Shown one piece after another: positions 55,654-64,000 of a stretch of 64,000 bases of DNA. The notes below the pieces were generated by a model. The model ran no database searches. It was given only the letters and a program-made list of their open reading frames with translations, and was not told the origin of the DNA. The position numbers and the translations under genes are program-made. Each line of letters begins with the position of its first letter. The stretch's first letter is position 1. This DNA comes from Candidatus Eiseniibacteriota bacterium (GTDB lineage: Bacteria; Eisenbacteria; RBG-16-71-46), in the NCBI GenBank assembly GCA_038231135.1, contig JBBRLX010000012.1, forward strand, positions 45,944 through 109,943, written 5' to 3'.

Positions 55654-57474
55654 ATGAACGGGAAACCGCGGAGTCTAGGTCATGCGCCGGGCGAGTTCCA
55701 CGTGCTCGTGGCCGGGCTCATCGCCCTGGCTGTGTCCCGCGCGGCACTGACCTTCGTCCCGTCGATGTGGGCGTGGTCGCTCAACCTGCACCGGTTCCTG
55801 CCGCCGCTCTTCGCATGGCTGCCGTGGGCGCTCACGATCGTGGTGCTGCTGCCGCCGGTCGCGCGCCGCGTCGCGCCACTCGCCGGGCGCGTCGGCACCT
55901 GGACCTCGCGCTCGCGCCTCGCACCGTTCGTGTGGGCCGCTCTGGCGATGGCGATCGTCCTGCTGCTGCCCGACCATACCGAATCGACGGGCGACTTCAT
56001 CCTGCGCCGGCGCGCCGTCGAAGAGGGCCGCCTGCCGTCGCTGGTGTTTCCGCAGGCGCTACCGCTCGATGCCTGGCTGCACTACACGCTGCCCCGCTGG
56101 CTGTTCGTTCATCGGGGCATCGCGGCGAGTGTCACGGCGCGGGCGTGGGGCGCGTTCGACGCGGCGCTGCTCGCGCTGTGTGCCGTCGAGTTCGCGCGGG
56201 CGCTGGACGTCACGGGCGGCGCGGCGCTCGCGGCGGTGGGCGTGGTGCTGTTCGGCGGGCCCCTGGCGTTGTTCACGGGCTATGGCAAGGGGCTCGCGGA
56301 GCTCACCGTGCTGGTGGCCGCCGTGGGGGCATTCTCCACCCGCGTCGTTCGCCAGGGCTCGGGATACCTCGGGCTGTGCGTCGCGGTCGCCCTGGCGATT
56401 GCGATTCATCGGGCGGGGTTCCTGCTCGCCGCCGGCCTGATCGCCTACCCCCTCGCGATTCGGCGGCATGGGCGGCCCGCGTGGCGCTCGCTCGCTCCTT
56501 TGCTACTGCCGGTCCTGACGGGCGTGCTCGTGCTCGGGAAGGCCTACGAGATCTTCACCACCTTCGACGCCACCCACCACTTCACCTCGGGCGGCGGGCT
56601 CGTGCGCTGGACCGAGCTGGCGAATGCGCTCGTCCTCGTGTCTCCGCTGGCCCTGCTCGTGCCGGTGCTGCTGATCGCGTCTGGCAGGTCGCTGCCGCGG
56701 CGACTCGAAATCGTCCCCACCGCCGCGGTCGCCGTGCTGCTGCTCGTGACCTCTGCGGCGATCGTTCCGCAGCAGGGCATCGTGCGCGACTGGGACGTGT
56801 TCGCGCCGGCGGGGATGGGCCTGTCGTTGCTGGTGGCCTGGCTCCTTTACGAACGGCTCGGCGCCGATCCTGAATCGTTGCCGGCGGGCCGCCCGGTCGA
56901 GCGTGGGCGGTCCGCGCGGCAGCCGGCGCGCGCGACGCCGGGGGCGGCGGCATCACCGGGCGCCCGCTCCGGTGGGCTCGCGCTCGCGGTCGTCCTCGCT
57001 GCCGCCGTGCCATCGATTCAATGGCTCGTCCACCTGAACGACGTGAACCGCGGCCTCCAGCGCGTCGCCGCCGTGCTCGCCGAGCCGCCGCCGCGCTCCG
57101 AGGTCGAACGCGCGCGCTTGTGGGACTACGTCGGCATCCGCAGCGCCTGGCTCGACGACTGGCCGCGCGCGACCGACGCATTCGCGCAATCGGCGGCGCT
57201 GCTGCCGACGCCGCGCGTGCTCGACCAATGGGCGCGGGCGGAGGTTCATCGCGGTGACTGGGGCCGGGCGGCCGAGATCTACGGGCAGATGATCGCGCGC
57301 GATTCCACCAGCCTCGTCGCGTGGCGCAACTACACGGCGGTCGTCACGCGCATGAAGGATCGTGTCCGCTCGCGGGACGCGGCGGAGCACATCCTGCGGC
57401 TCGCGCCGGGTGACGCGGAGGCGCGTTCCATCCTCGAGTATCTCGATCACACGGCGCCGCCGCCGCGCCGGTAG
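55654..57474 (+). CDS. Multi-pass membrane protein with C-terminal TPR-like region
   Basis: More than 10 hydrophobic segments, loop motifs TGDF and RDWDVF, C-terminal helical repeats. Confidence 0.65.
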   Translation: MNGKPRSLGHAPGEFHVLVAGLIALAVSRAALTFVPSMWAWSLNLHRFLPPLFAWLPWALTIVVLLPPVARRVAPLAGRVGTWTSRSRLAPFVWAALAMAIVLLLPDHTESTGDFILRRRAVEEGRLPSLVFPQALPLDAWLHYTLPRWLFVHRGIAASVTARAWGAFDAALLALCAVEFARALDVTGGAALAAVGVVLFGGPLALFTGYGKGLAELTVLVAAVGAFSTRVVRQGSGYLGLCVAVALAIAIHRAGFLLAAGLIAYPLAIRRHGRPAWRSLAPLLLPVLTGVLVLGKAYEIFTTFDATHHFTSGGGLVRWTELANALVLVSPLALLVPVLLIASGRSLPRRLEIVPTAAVAVLLLVTSAAIVPQQGIVRDWDVFAPAGMGLSLLVAWLLYERLGADPESLPAGRPVERGRSARQPARATPGAAASPGARSGGLALAVVLAAAVPSIQWLVHLNDVNRGLQRVAAVLAEPPPRSEVERARLWDYVGIRSAWLDDWPRATDAFAQSAALLPTPRVLDQWARAEVHRGDWGRAAEIYGQMIARDSTSLVAWRNYTAVVTRMKDRVRSRDAAEHILRLAPGDAEARSILEYLDHTAPPPRR

Positions 57475-57568
57475 GCCGCGCGGCGCGCTGACGACGACCG
57501 TGGCGCGGCGGGCGATGGGTGCGCCCCGTTTTCCGGCTGGCGTTGCGCCACGTAGAATGCCCGGCGCC

Positions 57569-60175
57569 ATGACTCCCATCCCAAGCACGCCCGTTCGCCG
57601 CCGCTTCGTGTTCGCCGTCCTGCTGCTCGCCCTCGCCGTCTCCGGTGTCGTCGCCCTCGACGCGGCGCCGTCCGGACCACCACCGCTCGCCGGCTCGACC
57701 GGCACCGAGGTCCGTCCGCGCGACCCGCAGGCATCGGGCGCGCTCGAGCTGTCGATCCACAAGCTGCGCGTGCTCGGCAGCGCGCTCTACATTGCGGCGC
57801 ATCCTGACGACGAGAACACGGCGCTGCTCACCTATCTCTCGAACGGCCGGCTGGCGCGGGCGGGCTACCTGTCGCTCACGCGCGGCGACGGCGGCCAGAA
57901 TCTGCTTGGCACCGAGATCGGCGAGCAATTGGGCGTGATCCGCACGCAGGAACTCCTGGCGGCGCGGCGCATCGACGGGGCCGAGCAGTACTTCTCCCGC
58001 GCGCTCGACTTCGGATTCTCGAAGGGCCCCGAAGAGACGATGCAGATCTGGGGCAGGGACGCGATCCTGTCGGATGTCGTGTGGGTGGTCCGCAACTTCC
58101 GGCCCGACGTGATCGTCACGCGGTTCGCGACCGACGGCAGCGGCGGACACGGGCACCACACGGCGTCGGCGCTGCTGGCGGAAGAGGCGTTCCACGCCGC
58201 CGCCGACTCCACGCGCTTCCCCGAGCAGCTCGCGTTCGTGAGTCCGTGGCAGGCGAAGCGGATCGTGTGGAACGTGACCCGGTTCGATCCGTCGAAGCCC
58301 GAGCCCAAAGGCCCGCAGTACGTGACCACCGATCTCGGTGGCTACAACCCGCTGCTCGGCCGCGCCTACACCGAGATCGCGGGGGAGAGCCGCAGCCAGC
58401 ACAAGAGCCAGGGGTTCGGCGCCGCCGAGCGGCGCGGACCGGCGCCGAACGTCTTCGAGTATCGCGCGGGGGATTCGGCGCATGTGGAGATCTTCGACGG
58501 CGTGAACACCACGTGGTCGCGCCTGCCGGGCGGCGGCAAGGTGGACCTGCTGCTCGCGCAGGCCGAGAAGGAGTTCCGCCCCGACGCGCCGGAGCGCGTG
58601 ATCCCTCTGCTGTTGCGCGCCCGCGCCGCGATGCGCGCGCTTGGCGACGACCCGTGGGTGGCGCTCAAGCGCCGCAACCTCGAGGAAGTGGTGCGCTCGT
58701 GTGCGGGACTGTGGCTCGAGGCGATCGCCACGTCGCCGTCCGCGTCGCCGGGCGGCAGTGTGACCGTGAATTTCGCGGCGCTCGGTCGCAGCTCGTACGC
58801 ACTGAGCCTCGACCGCATCGAGCTGCCGAACGGAGCGACCGCGACCTGGACGGGCGCACGCGCGATGGGCGACTCCGCCGCCGGCGGCGCGACCGCGACG
58901 CACGTACTGCCGCCGAACCGGCCTGTCACCGCCACGGCCACGATTCCGCTGCCGGCGGATTTCGAGCTGACGCAGCCCTACTGGCTGCGCAGCCCCGCCA
59001 GCAAGGGGCGGTTCGACGTGCGCGATCCGCAGCTCATCGGACGCGCCGAGAATCCGCCCGCGCTCACCGCGCGCTTCGTGATGCGCGCCGGCGAGGAGGA
59101 GCTGACCTACGAGCGGCCGATCGTCTATCGCTGGACCGATCCTGTGCTGGGCGAGCGCTATCGCCCGTTCGAAGTGGCGCCGGCCGCCACGCTCAAGCTG
59201 GATCATGCGGTGTACGTGTTCCCGACCCGCGACCCGCGCGAGGTGCGCGTCACCGTGCAGGCGGCCGACGCGGCGATGTCGGGCACCGTGCGGCTCGCGC
59301 TGCCGGCGGGCTGGAAGGCCACGCCCGACGCGGCGCCGGTCGACGTGGCGAAGGCTGCCGAACGCACGGTGACGTTCCGGGTGACGCCGCCCGGCGCGGC
59401 GTCACCGACCGCGCCGTCGCTCGCCGCGAGCTTCACGGCCGGCGGCCAGCGCTTCGACCGCCGGCTGGTGCGCATCGATTATCCGCACATTCCCATTCAG
59501 ACGCTTTACCCGCCCGCCCAGGCGAAGCTGGTGCGCACGGACGCCGAGGTGCTGTCGCACGAGGTCGGCTATGTGATGGGTTCCGGCGATCAGGGGCCCG
59601 ACGCGCTGGCACAGCTCGGCTGCCACGTGACGCCGCTGGGTGATGATGACGTGGAGCGGCTCGACCTCGCGAAGTTCGACGCGATCGTGATCGGGGTGCG
59701 CGCCTACAACACGCGCCCCCGGCTGCGCGTGCTGCAGCCGCGGCTGCTCGACTACGTGAATGCCGGCGGCACGCTGGTGGTGCAGTACCAGACCCCGGAG
59801 GACGCGCTCAACGACAAATTGGGGCCCTATCCGTTCAGCGTGTCCCGCGACCGCGTGACGGTGGAGGAGGCGCCGGTGCGATTCGTCACCCCGAACCACT
59901 CGCTGCTGACCCGTCCCAACAAGATCACCGCAGCGGACTTCAACGACTGGGTGCAGGAGCGCGGGCTGTCGTTCGCGAATCCCTACGATCCAAAGTATCA
60001 AACGGTGCTGTCGAGCAACGACCCCGGCGAGCCGGCGCGCGATGGCGGGCTGCTGTATGCGGCGTACGGCAAGGGCGCTTACATCTACACCGGCTACGCG
60101 TGGTTCCGTCAGTTGCCGGCCGGCGTGCCGGGAGCGTACCGGCTGTTCGCAAATCTCGTGAGCGCGGGGCGCTGA
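57569..60175 (+). CDS. Secreted PIG-L family deacetylase with NEW3-like and C-terminal GATase1-like domains
   Basis: Signal peptide; AAHPDDEN, TRGDGGQN, RTQELLAARR, GHGHH, SRSQHKSQG; C-terminal GYVMGSGD, WVQERG, WFRQLPAGVPGAYRLFAN. Confidence 0.9.
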   Translation: MTPIPSTPVRRRFVFAVLLLALAVSGVVALDAAPSGPPPLAGSTGTEVRPRDPQASGALELSIHKLRVLGSALYIAAHPDDENTALLTYLSNGRLARAGYLSLTRGDGGQNLLGTEIGEQLGVIRTQELLAARRIDGAEQYFSRALDFGFSKGPEETMQIWGRDAILSDVVWVVRNFRPDVIVTRFATDGSGGHGHHTASALLAEEAFHAAADSTRFPEQLAFVSPWQAKRIVWNVTRFDPSKPEPKGPQYVTTDLGGYNPLLGRAYTEIAGESRSQHKSQGFGAAERRGPAPNVFEYRAGDSAHVEIFDGVNTTWSRLPGGGKVDLLLAQAEKEFRPDAPERVIPLLLRARAAMRALGDDPWVALKRRNLEEVVRSCAGLWLEAIATSPSASPGGSVTVNFAALGRSSYALSLDRIELPNGATATWTGARAMGDSAAGGATATHVLPPNRPVTATATIPLPADFELTQPYWLRSPASKGRFDVRDPQLIGRAENPPALTARFVMRAGEEELTYERPIVYRWTDPVLGERYRPFEVAPAATLKLDHAVYVFPTRDPREVRVTVQAADAAMSGTVRLALPAGWKATPDAAPVDVAKAAERTVTFRVTPPGAASPTAPSLAASFTAGGQRFDRRLVRIDYPHIPIQTLYPPAQAKLVRTDAEVLSHEVGYVMGSGDQGPDALAQLGCHVTPLGDDDVERLDLAKFDAIVIGVRAYNTRPRLRVLQPRLLDYVNAGGTLVVQYQTPEDALNDKLGPYPFSVSRDRVTVEEAPVRFVTPNHSLLTRPNKITAADFNDWVQERGLSFANPYDPKYQTVLSSNDPGEPARDGGLLYAAYGKGAYIYTGYAWFRQLPAGVPGAYRLFANLVSAGR

Positions 60176-60179
60176 CGCC

Positions 60180-60377
60180 GTGACCGGACCCCGGACGCCG
60201 CAGCCGCCCTCGGGCGCCGCGCGCCCGGAGCTTGCATCCGAGCTCGAGTCGCTCGACTTCGAGGCGGAGGAGCCGCCGCCCGTGCTCGGCAGCTGGCGCC
60301 GCCTCTACGCGCTCGTGCTCGCATGGCTCGCGGTGCTGATCGCGCTGCTATGGGCGCTGACGAAGGCGTTCGCATGA
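60180..60377 (+). CDS. Small single-pass membrane protein (SSS-associated)
   Basis: PPVLGSWRRLYALVLAWL...LTKAFA; directly upstream of the SSS gene. Confidence 0.75.
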   Translation: MTGPRTPQPPSGAARPELASELESLDFEAEEPPPVLGSWRRLYALVLAWLAVLIALLWALTKAFA

Positions 60378-60405
60378 TCGCGCGCCGGAACGCCGCCGGC
60401 GCCGC

Positions 60406-62190
60406 ATGAGCACGCTCGACTGGGCGCTGCTGTTCGCGGCCATGGCGTTCTTCACGCTCTACGGCCTGTGGCGCGGCCGCGGCAGCCGCAACCTCGACGG
60501 CTACCTGCTCGCCGATCGCAACCTGCCGTGGACGAACGTGGCGTTCGCGATCATGGCGACGCAGGCGAGCGCGATCACGTTCCTGTCGACGCCCGGCCAG
60601 GCCTATACCGACGGCATGCGGTTCGTGCAGTTCTATTTCGGCCTGCCGATCGCAATGGTGGTGCTGGCGGCGACCGCGGTGCCGATCTACCGCCGGCTGC
60701 ACGTGTTCACCGCCTACGAGTATCTGGAGGAGCGGTTCGACTCCAAGACCCGCTCGCTTGCGGCGCTGCTGTTCCTCATCCAGCGCGGGCTCGCGGCCGG
60801 GCTCGGCATCCACGCGCCGTCGATCATCCTGTCCGTGCTGCTCGGCTGGAACCTGCACCTCACGCACTTCCTGATCGGCGGGCTGGTCGTGACCTATACC
60901 GCCACCGGCGGCACCAAGGCCGTGAATCACACGCAGTACGTGCAGATGCTGCTGATGATGACCGGCCTGGGGCTCGCGGTCGTGCTGGTGATGTCGCGGC
61001 TGCCGCACGGCGTGTCGTTCCGCGAGGCGCTCGACGTAGCGGGGGCGCTCGGGCGCCTGCGCGCGATCGATCCGTCGATCAACCCCGAGAACCGCTACAC
61101 GCTGTGGTCGGGGCTGATCGGCGGCTGCTTCCTCGCGCTGTCCTACTTCGGCACCGACCAGTCGCAGGTGGGGCGCTACCTCGGCGGTCAGTCCGTGGCG
61201 CAGAGCCGGATCGGCCTCGTGTTCAACGGGCTCGCCAAGGTCCCGATGCAGTGCCTGATCCTGTTCGTCGGCGTGATGGTGTTCGTGTTCTACCAGTTCA
61301 CCGCACCCCCGGTGTTCTTCAATCCGGTCGAACTGGAGATGGCGCGACACGGCTCGCATGCCGCCGAGTTCGCCGCGGTCGAGGCGGAGCACGTGCGCGT
61401 GTTCGAGGCGCGGCGCGACCGCGCGCGCGAGTTGGTGGCGGCGGAGCGCGCTCACGATGCGACGCGCACGCATGCCGCGGCCGCCGGCCTGGCGCAGGCG
61501 CAGCAGCGCTTCACCGACACGCGCGCGAAGGCCGTCGACCTGATCGCGAAGACCGATTCGGGAGCGCAGACCAGCGACACCAACTACATCTTCCTGAGCT
61601 TCGTGCTGAAGCAATTCCCGATCGGTCTGGTCGGCGTGATGCTGGCCGCGATCTTCGCCGCTTCGATGTCGTCGACCTCGGCCGAGATGAATGCGCTCGC
61701 CTCGACCACGCTGATCGATGTGTGGCGGCGCCTGCCGTTCGCGCGGGGCGGCGGCGACGTGATCCCGCGCGCCGCCGCCGCGGGCGACACGGAAGCGATC
61801 GCGTCCCGTTCGCACGCCGGCGGCCACCACGAAGTCGTCGTCGGCCGTATCGCGACCGTGTTCTGGGGGCTGTTCGCCGTGATGTTCGCCGAGTTCGCCA
61901 CCCGGATCGGCTCGCTGATCGAGGCGGTGAACATCCTGGGCTCGCTGTTCTACGGCACGATTCTCGGGATCTTCCTCACCGGGTTCTATCTCAAGCGCGT
62001 CGGCGGCACCGCCGTGTTCACGGCTGCGCTGCTTGCGGAGGCCGCTGTGATCGCCTGCTTCAAGCTCACGAAGATCTCGTTCCTCTGGTACAACGTCGTC
62101 GGCTGCCTGCTCGTGGTGGGAATCGCGCTCGCGATCAGCGCGGTGCGGCCGGGCCGGCGTCGCGAACCTTCGTACCAAAGGGGTGCCTAG
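60406..62190 (+). CDS. Sodium:solute symporter family transporter
   Basis: ATQASAITFLSTPGQAY, TAYEYLEERF, SYFGTDQSQVGRYL, AASMSSTSAEMNALA. Confidence 0.93.
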   Translation: MSTLDWALLFAAMAFFTLYGLWRGRGSRNLDGYLLADRNLPWTNVAFAIMATQASAITFLSTPGQAYTDGMRFVQFYFGLPIAMVVLAATAVPIYRRLHVFTAYEYLEERFDSKTRSLAALLFLIQRGLAAGLGIHAPSIILSVLLGWNLHLTHFLIGGLVVTYTATGGTKAVNHTQYVQMLLMMTGLGLAVVLVMSRLPHGVSFREALDVAGALGRLRAIDPSINPENRYTLWSGLIGGCFLALSYFGTDQSQVGRYLGGQSVAQSRIGLVFNGLAKVPMQCLILFVGVMVFVFYQFTAPPVFFNPVELEMARHGSHAAEFAAVEAEHVRVFEARRDRARELVAAERAHDATRTHAAAAGLAQAQQRFTDTRAKAVDLIAKTDSGAQTSDTNYIFLSFVLKQFPIGLVGVMLAAIFAASMSSTSAEMNALASTTLIDVWRRLPFARGGGDVIPRAAAAGDTEAIASRSHAGGHHEVVVGRIATVFWGLFAVMFAEFATRIGSLIEAVNILGSLFYGTILGIFLTGFYLKRVGGTAVFTAALLAEAAVIACFKLTKISFLWYNVVGCLLVVGIALAISAVRPGRRREPSYQRGA

Positions 62191-63525
62191 ATGACCGGGA
62201 CATCCGAAGCCCGCGAGTTCGCCGCGCGGCACGTCGTCACGCCGGAGGGTGACGGCCCCGCGGTCGTGAGCGTGGTCGATGGCCGGATCGAATCCGTGAC
62301 CCCGGCCACCGAGCCGGGCGCACTGGCGGACGAGATCGGCGATGTTTGGCTGCTGCCGGGGCTCGTCGACACGCACGTGCACATCAACGATCCCGGCCGC
62401 TCCGAGTGGGAGGGCTTCGATTCCGCGACGCGGGCCGCCGCGGCGGGCGGTGTGACCACGCTCGTCGACATGCCGCTCAACAGCATCCCCGCGACGACGA
62501 CGGCCGCCGCGCTGCGCGCCAAGCGCGATGCCGCGGACGGCAGGCTGCGTGTGGATGTCGCGTTCTGGGGAGGCGTCGTGCCGGGGAATGCAGGCGAGCT
62601 GCCCGCACTGGCCGCGGAGGGGGTGCGCGGCTTCAAGTGCTTCCTGGTGCCGTCCGGCGTCGATGAGTTCGGCGGCGTGTCCGAGGCCGACCTGCACCAG
62701 GCGATGCCGGTGATCGCGGCGCTCGGGCTGCCGCTGCTCGTGCACGCCGAGCTGCCGGGGCCGATCGCGGCGGCGCTGCCGCCGATTGCGGGCGCCGATC
62801 CGCGGCGCTACGCGACCTGGCTCGCCAGCCGGCCGCGGGCGGCGGAGGTCGAGGCGGTGCGGCTTGTGATCCGGCTCGCCGAACGCCATCGCTGCGCCGT
62901 CCACATCGTGCACGTTGCGACCGGTGACGTGCTGGACGACCTGCGCGCGGCGCGCGACCGTGGCGTGCCCATTACCGCCGAGACCTGTCCGCACTACCTG
63001 ACGTTCGCGGCCGAGGACATTTCCGACGGCGCGACCCAGTTCAAGTGCGCGCCGCCGATCCGCGAGCGCGCCGAGCGCGAACGGCTGTGGGAGGGACTGC
63101 GCGACGGCACGCTCGACATGATCGCCACCGATCACTCACCGTGCCCGCCGCCGCTGAAGCGCCTCGACACCGGCGATTTCATGGCGGCATGGGGCGGCGT
63201 CGCATCGCTCGAGGCCAGCCTGGCCGCGGTCTGGAGCGGAGCCCGCACGCGGGGGTTCTCGCCACGGGACATCGTCCTCTGGCTCGCCGCGGCACCGGCG
63301 CGCCTGGCGGGGCTCGAAGCGCACAAGGGCGCGATCGCTCCCGGACGCGACGCGGATCTGGTGGCGTGGGATCCAGATGCGAACTGGGTGGTCGACGCCG
63401 GCCGCCTGCAGCAGCGCCACAAGCTGACGCCCTATGACGGATGCGAGTTGGCGGGACGGATCGTCGCGGTGTTCCTGCGCGGGGAGGAGCTGGATCCGGA
63501 GCGGCCGGCGGGGCGGATGGTGTGA
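62191..63525 (+). CDS. allB: Allantoinase
   Basis: PGLVDTHVHINDPGRSEWEGF, DMPLNSIP, GFKCFLVPSG, HAE, HIVH, ETCPHYL, FKCAPPIR, TDHSP. Confidence 0.9.
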   Translation: MTGTSEAREFAARHVVTPEGDGPAVVSVVDGRIESVTPATEPGALADEIGDVWLLPGLVDTHVHINDPGRSEWEGFDSATRAAAAGGVTTLVDMPLNSIPATTTAAALRAKRDAADGRLRVDVAFWGGVVPGNAGELPALAAEGVRGFKCFLVPSGVDEFGGVSEADLHQAMPVIAALGLPLLVHAELPGPIAAALPPIAGADPRRYATWLASRPRAAEVEAVRLVIRLAERHRCAVHIVHVATGDVLDDLRAARDRGVPITAETCPHYLTFAAEDISDGATQFKCAPPIRERAERERLWEGLRDGTLDMIATDHSPCPPPLKRLDTGDFMAAWGGVASLEASLAAVWSGARTRGFSPRDIVLWLAAAPARLAGLEAHKGAIAPGRDADLVAWDPDANWVVDAGRLQQRHKLTPYDGCELAGRIVAVFLRGEELDPERPAGRMV

Positions 63526-64000
63526 TTTCTGTGACTCGCATCGCGCATCACTTGCTCACTCGCGCATTAACCGCAAATCGGGTGATTTGGCCCAGAGTCG
63601 GCAGCAGCTATCTAGGCCATGCCAATTCCTGCGGTATGTTGTTTGTTAGCGCGAGATTAGCTCGACGAATGGTATCATGATGCGCGGGAAAGACTGGGGA
63701 AGGCATAAGTCGATTGCTCGACTCCTCTCGTGCATCCCGGAAAATGGACAACCAACTCCCGCGGCTTTCACGGATGAAGCGTCGCATAAGCACAACGCGC
63801 TGAGGCGACTTATGACTCGTCGGATCGTCCATTTCCTGCTCCTCATCGCGCTCGCGTCCCTAGCCCCAGAACCAGCGCGATTTCATAGCTGAGGCGAAAG
63901 AAAAAGCTCGAAAGGCCCGTCCAGAGCGGTTAAGAAGGTGGTGTTCGACGCCAGCTTCAATCGCCAAGGAGGGCCTTTCAAGTGAGCTCAGCTATACAGA

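Noticed and set aside
771..63135. Many long antisense or alternate-frame ORFs (e.g. 771-3182, 7408-9498, 18763-21018, 40205-43855, 60109-63135)
   Set aside because: Expected in very GC-rich DNA with few stops; they overlap well-supported genes and show no family motifs.
1..64000. CRISPR arrays, rRNA/tRNA genes, IS elements, prophage or anti-phage defence genes
   Set aside because: No regularly spaced repeats, RNA-gene signatures, transposase/integrase motifs or defence-system motifs were recognised by eye; short or divergent elements could have been missed.

Overview
A 64-kb, very GC-rich, gene-dense bacterial chromosomal window with about 45 CDS. I saw no rRNA, tRNA, CRISPR array or intact mobile element. 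A secreted protein ending in TWGAIKALYR, FlgD-Ig-tailed secreted proteins and a kinase-TolB-TPR protein suggest Candidatus Eisenbacteria or a related FCB lineage (inference). Main blocks: (1) 0.1-12 kb, a nitrogen-assimilation operon: an FAD/4x[4Fe-4S] oxidoreductase, a type III glutamine synthetase, and a 2182-aa glutamate synthase with non-canonical domain order. That order is degenerate FMN barrel, FMN/Fe-S barrel, INTERNAL Ntn-amidotransferase, GXGXG, and there is no gltD in the window. (2) 18-28 kb, a DNA-repair neighbourhood (ligD, ku, TPR protein, tag, deoD, recQ). (3) 33.8-41.5 kb, a divergent locus pairing an exported atypical-kinase-like protein and an outer-membrane beta-barrel with an NTT-like transporter-HEAT fusion and a cNMP-binding protein. 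(4) An oppABC set without ATPases. (5) A PIG-L deacetylase/SSS transporter/allantoinase operon. There are also three gene remnants, and many genes have TANNNT -10 boxes placed for leaderless transcription. The best novelty candidates are the permuted GS/GOGAT operon and the kinase/OMP/NTT locus. All family calls come from reading motifs by eye; no searches were run.
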